A DNA stretch of 64,000 bases, taken from NCBI GenBank assembly GCA_051876105.1, contig JBJEHN010000073.1, positions 4,555 through 68,554 of the forward strand, given 5' to 3'. This document shows positions 36,802 through 45,997 of this stretch, in pieces. The DNA comes from Coriobacteriales bacterium. Lineage in GTDB: Bacteria; Actinomycetota; Coriobacteriia; Coriobacteriales; QAMH01. The stretch's first letter is position 1, and each line of letters starts with the position of its first letter. Below the pieces are notes generated by a model. The model worked only from the letters and a program-made list of their open reading frames with translations, was not told the origin of the DNA and ran no database searches. A program made the position numbers and the translations under genes.

Positions 36802-38841
36802 CTACCTCTCGTGGGTGGAGCCGCCGGAAACGTGCTTGGCGTCCTTGCCGAGCGCCTTCGCGAGCACCGAGCGCACGGCCGGGGCCGCCGAGGTGGCGCC
36901 GGCGCCGCCCTGCTCGATGATGCATGCGCACACGTACTTGGGCTTGCTGGCCGGGGCGTAGCCCACGTACCAGGCGTAGTTGTCCTTGCCGGCGACCTCG
37001 CCGGTGCCGGTCTTGCCGGCGGTGGTGACGCCCATGCCTCTGAAAACATCCTTCACAGAGCCCTCGGAGACGACGCCCTCGAAGCCGCGGCGCATGGTCT
37101 TGAGGTTCTTCTCCTCGTACTGGGGCGTGAGCACGGAGCCCTGGAAGCGCTCGCCGTCGACGACGACGGTCTTGCCGTCTGCCGCCAGGACGGAGTGCAG
37201 CAGCACCGGCTTGGGCACGGTGCCCGTGGCCAGGCCCGCATATCCGCAGGCGATCTGCAGCGGCGTGACCAGAAGGTCGCCCTGGCCGATGATGAGGTTG
37301 GAGACGTCGCCAGGCTGCCATGCTTGGCTCTCCGGGGCATCGCGGTTGTACTCCTTCTTCCACTGCGGGGTGGGCACACGGCCCTCCTGCTCGCCAGAGA
37401 GCTCGATGCCCGTCTTGGAGCCGAAGCCCCAGCTCTGCAGGTACTCCTGCAAGACGGTGTCCGAGCCCTTGTAGTAGTAGAACTTCTTGGCTATCTCGTA
37501 GAAGACGACGTCGCAGGACTCCACGATGCCCTTGTAAAAGCCGATGTGCCCGTGGCCGTTGAGGTTCCAACACTTCTGGGGCCAGGCCTTGCCGAAGCCG
37601 GTCCACGTGCCCTTGCAGTCCCAGACGCTGCCGTTGTCCGCAAAGCCGTATTCCAGGCCCGCAAGCCCCGTGAAGCCCTTGAAGGTCGAGGCCGCGGGGT
37701 AGAGGCCGGCGATGCAGCGGTTGGAGAGCGGGTACTCGTTCTCCTCGTCGACGAGCCACTCCCAGGTATCCGACGAGATGCCGCCCACGAACTCCGCGGG
37801 GTCGTAGGTGGGGGCGCTTGCCATGGCGATGACCTCGCCGGTGTTGGCGTCGAGGCAGACTATGGCGCCGGCGGCTGCCTTGGTGTACTTGGCGCGGGCC
37901 GCGTCTGCAAAGGCCTTCTGCAGGACCTGCTCGGCGACCTTCTGCACCTTGGCGTCGATGGTGAGGCGCACGTCGTTGCCCTGGATGGGGTCGATGGTGT
38001 CGACCGTGCCCACCACGTTGCCGGCAGCGTTGATCTCCACGCGCTTGACGCCGCGGTCGCCCTGCAGGTAGCTCTCGAATGCCTGCTCGGCACCGTCCTT
38101 GCCCACGATGTCGCCGCTCTCGTAGCTGTGGGCGTTGTTGGTCTGGGCAAGCTCCTCTTGGCTGATGGTGCCGGCGTAGCCCAGCACGTGGGCGGCCAGA
38201 GTGCCCTGGGGGTAGGTGCGCACGGTGCGCGCCTCGACGCTCACGCCGGGAAAGGCGCTGGGGTGCTCGGTGATGTAGGCGACAGCGCGCTCGTCGACGT
38301 CGAGGGCAATGAGGCGGTCTGCCTGGGCGCCCTCAGTGGAGCTGCCCGCAAGCTGGGCCACCGTCTCGCGCGGGATGCCGAGCACGTTGGAGAGGCGGCG
38401 GATGACCTTCTTGTTCGACTGCTCGTCTGCGCTGACGAGAACGGCGAAGGACGAGCGGTTGCCCACGAGCTCCACGCCGTTGCGGTCGAAGATGCGGCCG
38501 CGCGGGGCCACGGTGGTGTACTCCGTGATGCGGTTCTCCTCGGCCTTCTCCGTGTAGTCCTGGCCGCTGATGACCTGCATCGACCACAGCTTGACGAAGA
38601 GCGCGCCCAGGCCCACGCCCGCGATGCCCATGAAGGCGAGGAAGCGGCGGCGCATGTTGGCCTCGCCATCGACGGAGTCGTTGTCGACGGTCTGCGTTGC
38701 CGCCATGGTGGAGTTGGTCTTGGTCGAGTCGAGCTTGAAGACGCTGCCGGGCTTCTTGCCGGAGCGTATGACGACGATGATGAGGGCGATCGCCGCGATG
38801 AACAGCAAGACGATCAACGATGCACGCACAGCCTCGGTCAC
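36802..38841 (-). CDS. mrdA: Penicillin-binding protein 2 (elongation transpeptidase)
   Basis: 679 aa with an N-terminal TM segment, STFK and KTGT motifs. GTG start with a GAAGGAGG RBS. Confidence 0.92.
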   Translation of the reverse strand: MTEAVRASLIVLLFIAAIALIIVVIRSGKKPGSVFKLDSTKTNSTMAATQTVDNDSVDGEANMRRRFLAFMGIAGVGLGALFVKLWSMQVISGQDYTEKAEENRITEYTTVAPRGRIFDRNGVELVGNRSSFAVLVSADEQSNKKVIRRLSNVLGIPRETVAQLAGSSTEGAQADRLIALDVDERAVAYITEHPSAFPGVSVEARTVRTYPQGTLAAHVLGYAGTISQEELAQTNNAHSYESGDIVGKDGAEQAFESYLQGDRGVKRVEINAAGNVVGTVDTIDPIQGNDVRLTIDAKVQKVAEQVLQKAFADAARAKYTKAAAGAIVCLDANTGEVIAMASAPTYDPAEFVGGISSDTWEWLVDEENEYPLSNRCIAGLYPAASTFKGFTGLAGLEYGFADNGSVWDCKGTWTGFGKAWPQKCWNLNGHGHIGFYKGIVESCDVVFYEIAKKFYYYKGSDTVLQEYLQSWGFGSKTGIELSGEQEGRVPTPQWKKEYNRDAPESQAWQPGDVSNLIIGQGDLLVTPLQIACGYAGLATGTVPKPVLLHSVLAADGKTVVVDGERFQGSVLTPQYEEKNLKTMRRGFEGVVSEGSVKDVFRGMGVTTAGKTGTGEVAGKDNYAWYVGYAPASKPKYVCACIIEQGGAGATSAAPAVRSVLAKALGKDAKHVSGGSTHER

Positions 38842-38892
38842 GGGCGACTCACCTCCTTCTGGGATCTCTCTCTGCGCAAGCGGCGGGCCGTG

Positions 38893-39429
38893 CTAGCCCA
38901 GGAAGCCGCCCCTGCCGCCGAGCCCGAGCCCGGAGCCCATGCGGGGCGCCTCGGCCGGGGTCACCATGCTCATGGTCGCCAGCCCGATGGCGGCAAACAC
39001 GGCGGTGTAGGCGCCGCAGGGCAGGGCGTAGGTCACCATGGTGCCCAGCGAGCCGCCCACAGCGGAGCTGCCGAGCACCGTTGCCACCCCGAAGAGCAGC
39101 GACGCCAGCATGCTCACGACGATGCCGATGACGGCGGCCATCACCGGCCCGGTCTCCATGTTGCTCCCGAGCGCGCCGCAGACGACGCCCGCGATGACCA
39201 AGGTGAGTGCCATCGCGCCGATCACGCCGTCCCCTGCGAAGTCGTAGAGCAGCCCCAGGGCAAAGCCGGCCACCGCTCCCGCCGCAACCCCCGAGCGCAG
39301 CCCGATGAAGAGCACCGGGATGATGAGGAAGTTGGGCAGCGCGCCGAAGAGCTGCACCGCCGGCGCGATCGCAAGCTGGAGCAGGGTGCACACGGCGACC
39401 GTGATGATGTAGACGAGACCCTTGTCCAT
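38893..39429 (-). CDS. mreD: Rod shape-determining protein MreD
   Basis: 178 aa, highly hydrophobic and multi-TM. It starts 3 nt after the mreC stop. Confidence 0.75.
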   Translation of the reverse strand: MDKGLVYIITVAVCTLLQLAIAPAVQLFGALPNFLIIPVLFIGLRSGVAAGAVAGFALGLLYDFAGDGVIGAMALTLVIAGVVCGALGSNMETGPVMAAVIGIVVSMLASLLFGVATVLGSSAVGGSLGTMVTYALPCGAYTAVFAAIGLATMSMVTPAEAPRMGSGLGLGGRGGFLG

Positions 39430-39432
39430 GGG

Positions 39433-40434
39433 CTACTCCCCCTCTCCGGGCTGCGGGTCCTGCCCGCCACCGTCACCGTCGCCCTCGCCGGCGCCCTGGT
39501 CCTCGCCGTCCTGGGGGGTGGCGGTGCTGCCCACAACCGGGGCGAGGATGCTTTCCAGGAGCTCCTTGTCGACCAGGCTCTTGGTGGCGTCCTCGTTGCC
39601 GGTGAGAACCAGCACCTCCTCGCAGTTGCGGATGGAGGAGATGGGGTTGACGATGATGCGGTAGTACATCTTGGAGGCATCCCTCTCCACCGAGCCAACC
39701 GTGCCCACCACGATGCCGCGCGGGTAGGTGCCGCCGGCACCGGAGGTGATGACGATGTCGCCCTCGCCCACGGAGCTGTCGACGCTGACGTACTCCATCA
39801 TCAGGGTGCCGTCGTAGGAGCCGGTGATGATGCCGGTGGCCCTCGTGCCCTGGATCATAGCGGAGACGCTGCTGTCTGCGTCTGTGATGAGGCGCACCAC
39901 GGAGGTGCCGGCGCTCACGCTCTCGACCTGGCCGTAGAGGCCGCAGGAGCTCATGACGCCCATACCGACGCGCACGCCGTCGTCGCTGCCAACGTTGATA
40001 GTGGCGGTGTGGTCCCAGCCGCTCTTGACGTTGAGGACCCTGCCGGAGACCGTCTCCAAGCCGTAGCTGTCCGACAGGCCGAGCAGAGCTGTGAGGCGCT
40101 GGTCCTGCTGGCGGTACTCCTCGAGCTGGGCAACGAGCACGCGGAGCTGCTCGTTCTCCTGCTTGAGCGCGGAGACGTCCTCCTCGCTCATGCCCGCCGT
40201 GCCGTCAGGCTCGCTGCTGAGCGCCCTGAACGGGGTGGCGATGACGGAGGTCAGCTCCTGGAGGGGCGACGCGACGGCGTGCACCGCGTTGCGCACCACG
40301 CCGAAGGCCCCGCCGTTGTCCATGCGGACGGAGACGGTCATCAGGAGAACGGACACAACAACCAAGACGACCGGGATGATCCATCCACCCGGTCGCCTCG
40401 GTTGGTTTTGGTTTGAGAAGCTCAAGCCGGGCAT
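39433..40434 (-). CDS. mreC: Rod shape-determining protein MreC
   Basis: 333 aa: N-terminal TM segment, coiled coil (LKQENEQLRVLVAQLEEYRQ), beta-rich core (GIITGSYDG..GDIVITSG..YPRGIVVG), and an acidic G/D/E tail. Confidence 0.9.
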   Translation of the reverse strand: MPGLSFSNQNQPRRPGGWIIPVVLVVVSVLLMTVSVRMDNGGAFGVVRNAVHAVASPLQELTSVIATPFRALSSEPDGTAGMSEEDVSALKQENEQLRVLVAQLEEYRQQDQRLTALLGLSDSYGLETVSGRVLNVKSGWDHTATINVGSDDGVRVGMGVMSSCGLYGQVESVSAGTSVVRLITDADSSVSAMIQGTRATGIITGSYDGTLMMEYVSVDSSVGEGDIVITSGAGGTYPRGIVVGTVGSVERDASKMYYRIIVNPISSIRNCEEVLVLTGNEDATKSLVDKELLESILAPVVGSTATPQDGEDQGAGEGDGDGGGQDPQPGEGE

Positions 40435-40443
40435 CGGTGGGGC

Positions 40444-41493
40444 CTATCTGCGCTGGCCCACGCCCTGGGTCCCCTGGGCGAGGAAGTCCGGGGACTCCAA
40501 CACCGCGGCACAGCCCTCGACCACGTTGATGAGGGCGGTCTCGGAGACGTGAACGGGGATGCCGATCTCCTTGCGGAGGCGCTCGTCGAGGCCCCTGAGC
40601 AAGCCGCCGCCGCCGGTGAGCGTGATGCCGTACTCCATGAGGTCGCTGGCGAGGTCGGGCGGGGTCTCGTCGAGGGTGTCCTTGACCGCTTGGATCATCT
40701 TGGCGACGGGCTCCTCGAGGGCCTCGCGCACGTCCTCGCTCTCGATGCGCACCGTGCGGGGAAGGCCACTGAGCAGGTCGCGGCCGCGAACCTCGACGTC
40801 GACCTCCTCGACCAAGGGGGCGGCAGAGCCGATGGTGATCTTGATCTCCTCGGCCGTGCGCTCGCCGATGGCGAGGTTGTAGTGGGTCTTGGCATACTGG
40901 ACCACCGCGGTGTCGAAGGCGTCTCCGGCAACGCGGATGGAGGTGGCGTTGACGATGCCGCCGAGCGAGATGACGGCGACCTCCGTGGTGCCGCCGCCGA
41001 TGTCGACGACCATGGAGCCGGTGGGGCTCTCGACGGGCAGGCCCGCGCCGATGGCGGCTGCCATGGGCTCCTCGATCAGGAAGCACTGGCGGGCGCCGGC
41101 GGTGATGGTGGCCTCGAAGACAGCGCGCTTCTCGACGCTGGTGACGCCGCTAGGCACGCACACGACGACGCGCGGCTTGGCGCTCCAGGGCATGCGACGG
41201 CCCTGGGCCTTGCTGATGAAGTAGCGCAGCATGGCCTCGGTGGTGTCGAAGTCGGCGATGACGCCGTCTTTGAGAGGCCTCATGGCAACGATGTTGCCAG
41301 GGGTGCGGCCAAGCATCTCCTTGGCCTCGGCGCCGACAGCGAGCACGCGCTGCTGGGACTGGTCGATGGCGACGACAGAGGGCTCGTTGATCACGATGCC
41401 CTGGCCGCGGACGGACACCAGGGTGTTGGCGGTGCCCAGGTCGATGGCCATGTCGTTGCCGAAGTTACCGAAGAGGGAGTCGAATAGCGACAT
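40444..41493 (-). CDS. mreB: Rod shape-determining protein MreB
   Basis: MSLFDSLFGNFGNDMAIDLGTANTLV..., with VDIGGGTTEVAV. ATG 41493 has GAAAGGG upstream. Confidence 0.96.
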   Translation of the reverse strand: MSLFDSLFGNFGNDMAIDLGTANTLVSVRGQGIVINEPSVVAIDQSQQRVLAVGAEAKEMLGRTPGNIVAMRPLKDGVIADFDTTEAMLRYFISKAQGRRMPWSAKPRVVVCVPSGVTSVEKRAVFEATITAGARQCFLIEEPMAAAIGAGLPVESPTGSMVVDIGGGTTEVAVISLGGIVNATSIRVAGDAFDTAVVQYAKTHYNLAIGERTAEEIKITIGSAAPLVEEVDVEVRGRDLLSGLPRTVRIESEDVREALEEPVAKMIQAVKDTLDETPPDLASDLMEYGITLTGGGGLLRGLDERLRKEIGIPVHVSETALINVVEGCAAVLESPDFLAQGTQGVGQRR

Positions 41494-41536
41494 AGTCGCC
41501 CTTTCTCTAATCACGAGCAGGGTGTTGCAAACGCTA

Positions 41537-41566
41537 ATAGTAACAGAGGGTCATAGGCGGGGCCAA
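41537..41566 (-). promoter_or_regulatory. Candidate promoter for the mreB cluster
   Basis: The minus strand reads TTGGCC-N18-TACTAT, about 40 nt upstream of the mreB start. Confidence 0.35.
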
Positions 41567-41584
41567 TGGAGACCCTGTGAACAA

Positions 41585-41614
41585 GGGGGCCGCTGCACCC
41601 AGGCAACGGCCCCC
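41585..41614 (-). terminator. Terminator-like hairpin after ndk
   Basis: GGGGGCCG-N14-CGGCCCCC, followed on the minus strand by TTGTTCAC. Confidence 0.45.
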
Positions 41615-41638
41615 TCGGATTCTGCTGTCAAAAGCGGC

Positions 41639-42046
41639 TTACTCGCCGAAGAACACCTTGATCTCGCGCTCGGCGGAGGCGACGGAGTCGGAGCCGTGGA
41701 TGACGTTCTCGTCGACGGTCAGGCCGAAGTCGCCGCGGATGGTGCCGGGGGCAGCCTCTGCGCAGTTGGTGGCGCCCATGAGCTTGCGCATGGTGGCAAC
41801 GGCGTTCTCGCCGGAGACGACCATCTTCACGACGGGGCCGGAGGTGATGTAGGAGATGAGGCCCTCGTAGAAGGGCTTGCCCTTGTGCTCGCCGTAGTTG
41901 GACTCGGCCTCTTCCATGGTGACCATGCCGAGCTCCATGCGCTCGATGGTCAGGCCGACGCGCTCGATGCGGGTGATGATCTCGCCGATGTGGCCGTTGC
42001 GGACGCCGTCGGGCTTGATCATGTTGTAAGTCTTCTCGATGGCCAT
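41639..42046 (-). CDS. ndk: Nucleoside diphosphate kinase
   Basis: 135 aa: TYNMIKPDGV, NVIHGSDS. AAAGGAG RBS. Confidence 0.96.
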   Translation of the reverse strand: MAIEKTYNMIKPDGVRNGHIGEIITRIERVGLTIERMELGMVTMEEAESNYGEHKGKPFYEGLISYITSGPVVKMVVSGENAVATMRKLMGATNCAEAAPGTIRGDFGLTVDENVIHGSDSVASAEREIKVFFGE

Positions 42047-42127
42047 CTAGATGGCTCCTTTCATCTGTGTTCCTTCTCTTTCACCGGCAGCGCGGCGCGC
42101 GCCCCGCTGCCTATTACCACCCGCGGG

Positions 42128-43765
42128 CTAGTGCTCGCTGGGGAAGTACAGCTCAACATACTCGATGTTCCAGCTGATGAGGTCGCGCCCCATCATAACC
42201 TCGTAGTATGCGGTGCCCCCCTCTTCGAGGGCGGCCTCGACGTAAACGGTGCTGTTGGAGAGCCCGCGCTCGACAGCGGCCACCTCGTACGACTCGATAC
42301 CTTCGAGCACGGCCATCTGGGTCTCGCGCGACTCCTGGGTCACGGACTCGTTCCAGTAGACGTCGGTGCTCTCGGACGCGATGGCTGCGTCGAGGAAGCG
42401 CTGGGCGACCTGCTCTTGCAGGGGGTAGCCGTAGCCGCGCACGTAGGCGAAGGCGGCTGCGGCAGCCAGCAGGATGAGGACGATGACGATGCCCAGCGCC
42501 ACCTTGAGACCGCGGTTGCCCTTGCGGGCCTTGCGGCGCTCCTCCTTGGCAGCCTGTTCGATAGCCTCCTCCGTGATGGTGAAGAAGGCGGTGTCCTCCG
42601 GGCTGGGGATAAGGGTGTCCTCCTGCGGCTGCAGGGGCTCGGGCTCGTACTCGGGCTCGGGTGCGGCCTCTTCCTCGCCCTCCGCCGCCTCGCCGATGAC
42701 GGGCAGGGAGATGACGGGGAAGGTCTCGGTCACAGCCTCGGAGATGTCTGCAGCGGGCTCTTCGGCGGGGGCGTCCGCAGGCTCGGGCTCCTGCTCGCCT
42801 TGCACGAGCGGAGAGGGCTCCCACATGGCGGCGCTGTCCTCGGGCTCGCCGCCCTGCGGCTGCTCGGCCGCGGGCTCAGCTTCGTCCTCCCCGGCCTCGT
42901 CTGCGGGAGCAGGAGCGGCCTCGGGGGCCGGCTCGGGCTCGGGGGCAGGATCTTCGGCCGGCGAGGGCTCCGCTAGCTCGGCGGGCTCGAGCTCTTCGGC
43001 GGCAGGCCCTGCCTGCAGGGAGCGCCCGTCAACTGCGCCCAGCACCGCGCCGAAGCGGTCGCGCAGGGAGCGCGCCATCACCAGGTCGTGTGCGGCAACG
43101 GCCGAGAGGCGGTAGCTGCCGTCCGCGGTGGCGGCCTCGAGGGAGGCCACGGCCTCTGCCACCCTGCCGCATGCCAGGTAGGCCTGGCCCAGGCAGGCGC
43201 GGCACTTGTTGGCGCTCGCAGCGGAGAGCCCCAGGTCGAGCGCTGTCTCCAGCGTGGAGACGGCGTCTGCGTGGCGCTCGAGCCCCATGAAGCAGATGCC
43301 GAGGTTGATCAGAGCCTTGCCCGGAGCGGGGTTGGCAGGGTCGAGCGCGGCCTCGCGGTACGCGGTGCCGGCCTCTTCCATGGAGCCGAGCTTGAGCTGC
43401 ACGGCGCCGATGCCGCTGAGAGCCTTGTAGGGCGTGGGGTAGCCGGGGTAGTCCAGGGCCTTGGCGAACGCCGCAAGGGCCCTGGGATAGTCCTCCGAGG
43501 ACAGGTAAGCCGTGCCCAGGTTGACCAGCAGCGAGGGCTGGCGCTCCGGCTCGACCAGCTCGATGGCCTTACCGTAGTACTCAGCCGCCTTTGCGGGCTG
43601 GCCGCTCTTGATGTAGCAGTTGCCGATCAAGTGGAAAAACTTGCCGGCCTCTGCGTCAGAGAGCTCCTCGACGTCATGGCTGCACGCAGAGAAGCCCACG
43701 AGGGCGGTCTTGTAATCGCCCCGAGCGTATGCCTCCTGTGCCTCTGTGAAAACCGCGATGTCCAC
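42128..43765 (-). CDS. TPR-repeat protein with an acidic P/E/A-rich linker, a single TM segment and a small C-terminal extracytoplasmic domain
   Basis: 545 aa. The N-terminal ~230 aa show TPR-like repeats (GNCYIKSGQPAKAAEYYGKAIEL, LGTAYLSSEDYPRALAAFAKAL). The TM segment is VALGIVIVLILLAAAAAFAYV. GTG start. Confidence 0.7.
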   Translation of the reverse strand: MDIAVFTEAQEAYARGDYKTALVGFSACSHDVEELSDAEAGKFFHLIGNCYIKSGQPAKAAEYYGKAIELVEPERQPSLLVNLGTAYLSSEDYPRALAAFAKALDYPGYPTPYKALSGIGAVQLKLGSMEEAGTAYREAALDPANPAPGKALINLGICFMGLERHADAVSTLETALDLGLSAASANKCRACLGQAYLACGRVAEAVASLEAATADGSYRLSAVAAHDLVMARSLRDRFGAVLGAVDGRSLQAGPAAEELEPAELAEPSPAEDPAPEPEPAPEAAPAPADEAGEDEAEPAAEQPQGGEPEDSAAMWEPSPLVQGEQEPEPADAPAEEPAADISEAVTETFPVISLPVIGEAAEGEEEAAPEPEYEPEPLQPQEDTLIPSPEDTAFFTITEEAIEQAAKEERRKARKGNRGLKVALGIVIVLILLAAAAAFAYVRGYGYPLQEQVAQRFLDAAIASESTDVYWNESVTQESRETQMAVLEGIESYEVAAVERGLSNSTVYVEAALEEGGTAYYEVMMGRDLISWNIEYVELYFPSEH

Positions 43766-43791
43766 TGGCAGCCCCTATCCTCGCATTCGGT

Positions 43792-44274
43792 CTAGTTGGC
43801 GTTCTCGATGACGATGGACTCCATCACATCGCCCTTGCGCAGGCTGTGGACAACCTCGATGCTCTCTGCATCCATGCAGTCGCCGAAGACGGTGTAGTTG
43901 GGGTCCAGGAAGTGCTGGGCACCCAGGCAGAAGTAGAACTGGGAGCCGGCGGAGTTGGGCATGGAGGAGCGGGCCATGGCCATGGTGCCGTCCTCGTGGC
44001 TGTTGTGGGGGTTGGTGGAGTACTCCTCCTGGATGGAGTAGCCGGGGTTGCCGGTGCCGTTGCCCAGCGGGCAGCCGCCCTGGATCACGAAGTCCGGCAC
44101 GTAGCGATGGAACTTGAGGCCGTCGTAGTAGCCCTTCTGGGCGAGCTCGACGAAGTTGCCCACGTGGATGGGCGCGTCCTCGCCGTGGAGCTGGACGCGG
44201 ATGACGCCCTTGTTGGTGGTGATGGTTGCGGTCTCGCGGCCGTTGGGCTTGTACTCGGGGGTGTAGAGTGCCAT
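43792..44274 (-). CDS. ppiB: Peptidyl-prolyl cis-trans isomerase, cyclophilin type
   Basis: GNFVELAQKGYYDGLKFHRYVPDFVIQGGCP..GTGNPGY..., SAGSQFYF. ATG 44274 has AGGAGGA upstream. Confidence 0.93.
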   Translation of the reverse strand: MALYTPEYKPNGRETATITTNKGVIRVQLHGEDAPIHVGNFVELAQKGYYDGLKFHRYVPDFVIQGGCPLGNGTGNPGYSIQEEYSTNPHNSHEDGTMAMARSSMPNSAGSQFYFCLGAQHFLDPNYTVFGDCMDAESIEVVHSLRKGDVMESIVIENAN

Positions 44275-44413
44275 TTCTGTTCCTCCTGAGAGCACGCTAA
44301 CGCGCGCCGTTATACGACATTAACTCCCCAATTCTAGCAGTTATCGGCTGCGAGCCACTTTAGCAGCGGCGTTGTGGTAGATTTCTTGCTTGCAGCTGCC
44401 CGTGGCAGCGCAC

Positions 44414-44490
44414 GTCCTCTTAGCTCAGCTGGATAGAGCGTCTGCCTCCGGAGCAGAAGGCCGCAGGTTCGAACCCTGTAGAGGGCACCA
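44414..44490 (+). tRNA. tRNA-Arg (anticodon CCG), CCA encoded
   Basis: GTCCTCTTAGCTCAGCTGGATAGAGCGTCTGCCTCCGGAGCAGAAGGCCGCAGGTTCGAACCCTGTAGAGGGCACCA. It folds as a cloverleaf by hand: acceptor GTCCTCT/AGAGGGC, anticodon loop CTCCGGA, T-loop TTCGAAC. Confidence 0.92.
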
Positions 44491-44500
44491 GCAAAACCGC

Positions 44501-44528
44501 AGGTCAAAGGCACACCCGCCTTTGGCCT
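44501..44528. terminator. Bidirectional terminator between tRNA-Arg(CCG) and gshA
   Basis: AGGTCAAAGGC-ACACCC-GCCTTTGGCCT (11-bp stem with one G-T pair). The minus strand continues GCGGTTTTGC. Confidence 0.6.
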
Positions 44529-44537
44529 GCTCTGCGT

Positions 44538-45818
44538 TTACAGGCGCTCTTGCTGGCGCTGCCTGGCAAGCTCGAGGCCCTTGGCCACAAAGCCGCCGGA
44601 ATAGCGCTCGCGGATGATGTGGGTGTAGCGGTTCGAGCTGTCGACGAACTTGGAGAGCTGGTAGTCGAGGCAGGCCATGACCTCGCCGCCGGCGCCGATG
44701 CCCTCGTAGAACTCCCGCATGAAGCCGATGACGTGGCGCGCCGCCTTGGCTGCCGTGTTGGCCGTGCCCAAGGGGCTCACGATGCGCACCGTCTTGAGGT
44801 CGTAGTGGCTGGCGTTCTTGAAGTTCTGCGCGGCCTGGACCTGGTGCCTCTCCTCGAAGGGCTCGGCCGGCGTCGAGGCGAGCCACACCAAGAACAGCTG
44901 CGCGAAGAAGACGTCGCTCACGTTGACGCCCGCTGGGTAGAGCGGGTTGAGGTCGAACATCCTCAGCTCGATGTGGCTCACGTCGCCCGCCCTCAGGGCG
45001 TCGAGCCCGTAGGCGCCGCGCGGCTTGATGCGGATGGGGTAGTAGAGCTCGCTGGGCGCGCAGACGAGCCCACTGTCCACGTAGCGCTGGATGCTGTCCG
45101 CGTAGGCCCGCACGTTGGAGTAGTCGAGCACCGGGGTGAAGTAGTTCCAGTAGCCCAGCTCGCTGCAGCGCACCGTGCCCAAGCCCAGGAAGAGGTCCTC
45201 TCCCATGCGCTTCTTCTCCACAAACGACGAGTCCATGAGGGGGCTTGCCGCCGTGACGGCCGTCATGAGCCAGCCGTAGGCCACCGCGCGCTCTGCCAGG
45301 CGAACGTAGAGCTCGTCCTTGTAGGCGGTGAAGTCCTGCTCGCCGCTCGCCTCGAAACTCGCCTGCAGCAGCTCGTCGGCAAACGAGTAGTTGAAGTGGA
45401 TGCCGGAGAACGCCATCTTATAGCGGCCGTAGCGCTCGCTGAGGTACTCGCGGTAAGCGGTCTTGTAGGCTTGCTCGCCCGTGTACTGGGCGATGGGGAT
45501 GTCCTGCTCGCTGCGGATGTAGGGCGGGTTGGAGAAGGGCCACAGGAGCTCCGGCTCCGGCAGGGCCGCCAGCGTGCGCTGCACGAGTGCGTCGTGAGCC
45601 TCGAGCTCGGCCACAGCCTCCTGGGGGCTGCCGCTCACGCCTGTGTTGATCTCGAGCTGGTTCTCGGAGAAGTCGCAGAGGATGTTGGGGTGGTCCGGGA
45701 AGGGGCTGGGGGTCTGGGCGAGGAAGCCGTCGCGCGTGATGCGCAGGCTCTCGCGCTCGAGCCCGAAGTTGCCCTTGAAGAGCAGGGACCTGACCCGGCT
45801 GTCCTCGACGTGTAGCAT
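44538..45818 (-). CDS. gshA: Glutamate--cysteine ligase (GshA type), stand-alone
   Basis: 426 aa. By eye it aligns to E. coli GshA: GLERESLRI matches GLERETLRV, and LWPFSNPPY..IPIAQYTGEQAYKTAYREYLSERYGRYKMAFSGIHFNYSF matches [51 protein letters not shown]. Confidence 0.85.
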   Translation of the reverse strand: MLHVEDSRVRSLLFKGNFGLERESLRITRDGFLAQTPSPFPDHPNILCDFSENQLEINTGVSGSPQEAVAELEAHDALVQRTLAALPEPELLWPFSNPPYIRSEQDIPIAQYTGEQAYKTAYREYLSERYGRYKMAFSGIHFNYSFADELLQASFEASGEQDFTAYKDELYVRLAERAVAYGWLMTAVTAASPLMDSSFVEKKRMGEDLFLGLGTVRCSELGYWNYFTPVLDYSNVRAYADSIQRYVDSGLVCAPSELYYPIRIKPRGAYGLDALRAGDVSHIELRMFDLNPLYPAGVNVSDVFFAQLFLVWLASTPAEPFEERHQVQAAQNFKNASHYDLKTVRIVSPLGTANTAAKAARHVIGFMREFYEGIGAGGEVMACLDYQLSKFVDSSNRYTHIIRERYSGGFVAKGLELARQRQQERL

Positions 45819-45845
45819 GCGGCCCCTCTCTGGTGGAAACGGTGG

Positions 45846-45874
45846 CTAAATCCTAGTCCTTCAGTAGGATTTAG
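45846..45874. promoter_or_regulatory. AT-rich perfect inverted repeat upstream of gshA (candidate operator or 5'-UTR hairpin)
   Basis: CTAAATCCTA-N9-TAGGATTTAG, 10-bp perfect arms, 28-56 nt upstream of the gshA ATG (45818). Confidence 0.45.
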
Positions 45875-45997
45875 TCCAGCCTGCTCAGCATAATGTAGCG
45901 CATGGGCGGCGGCGTGCGGCGGGTGACGCGCTGCCGCCGCACGCCGCACTGCGCGCGCCCGCGGCGCGCATAACCGCTAGAATGTGGTCTCACACAC

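Noticed and set aside
36796-40416. 1206-aa plus-strand ORF
   Set aside because: It is antisense to mrdA, mreD and mreC and has the same compositional signature as the other shadow ORFs. The many other 60-600-aa Arg/Pro/Gly/Ala-rich ORFs in alternative frames throughout the track were rejected for the same reason.
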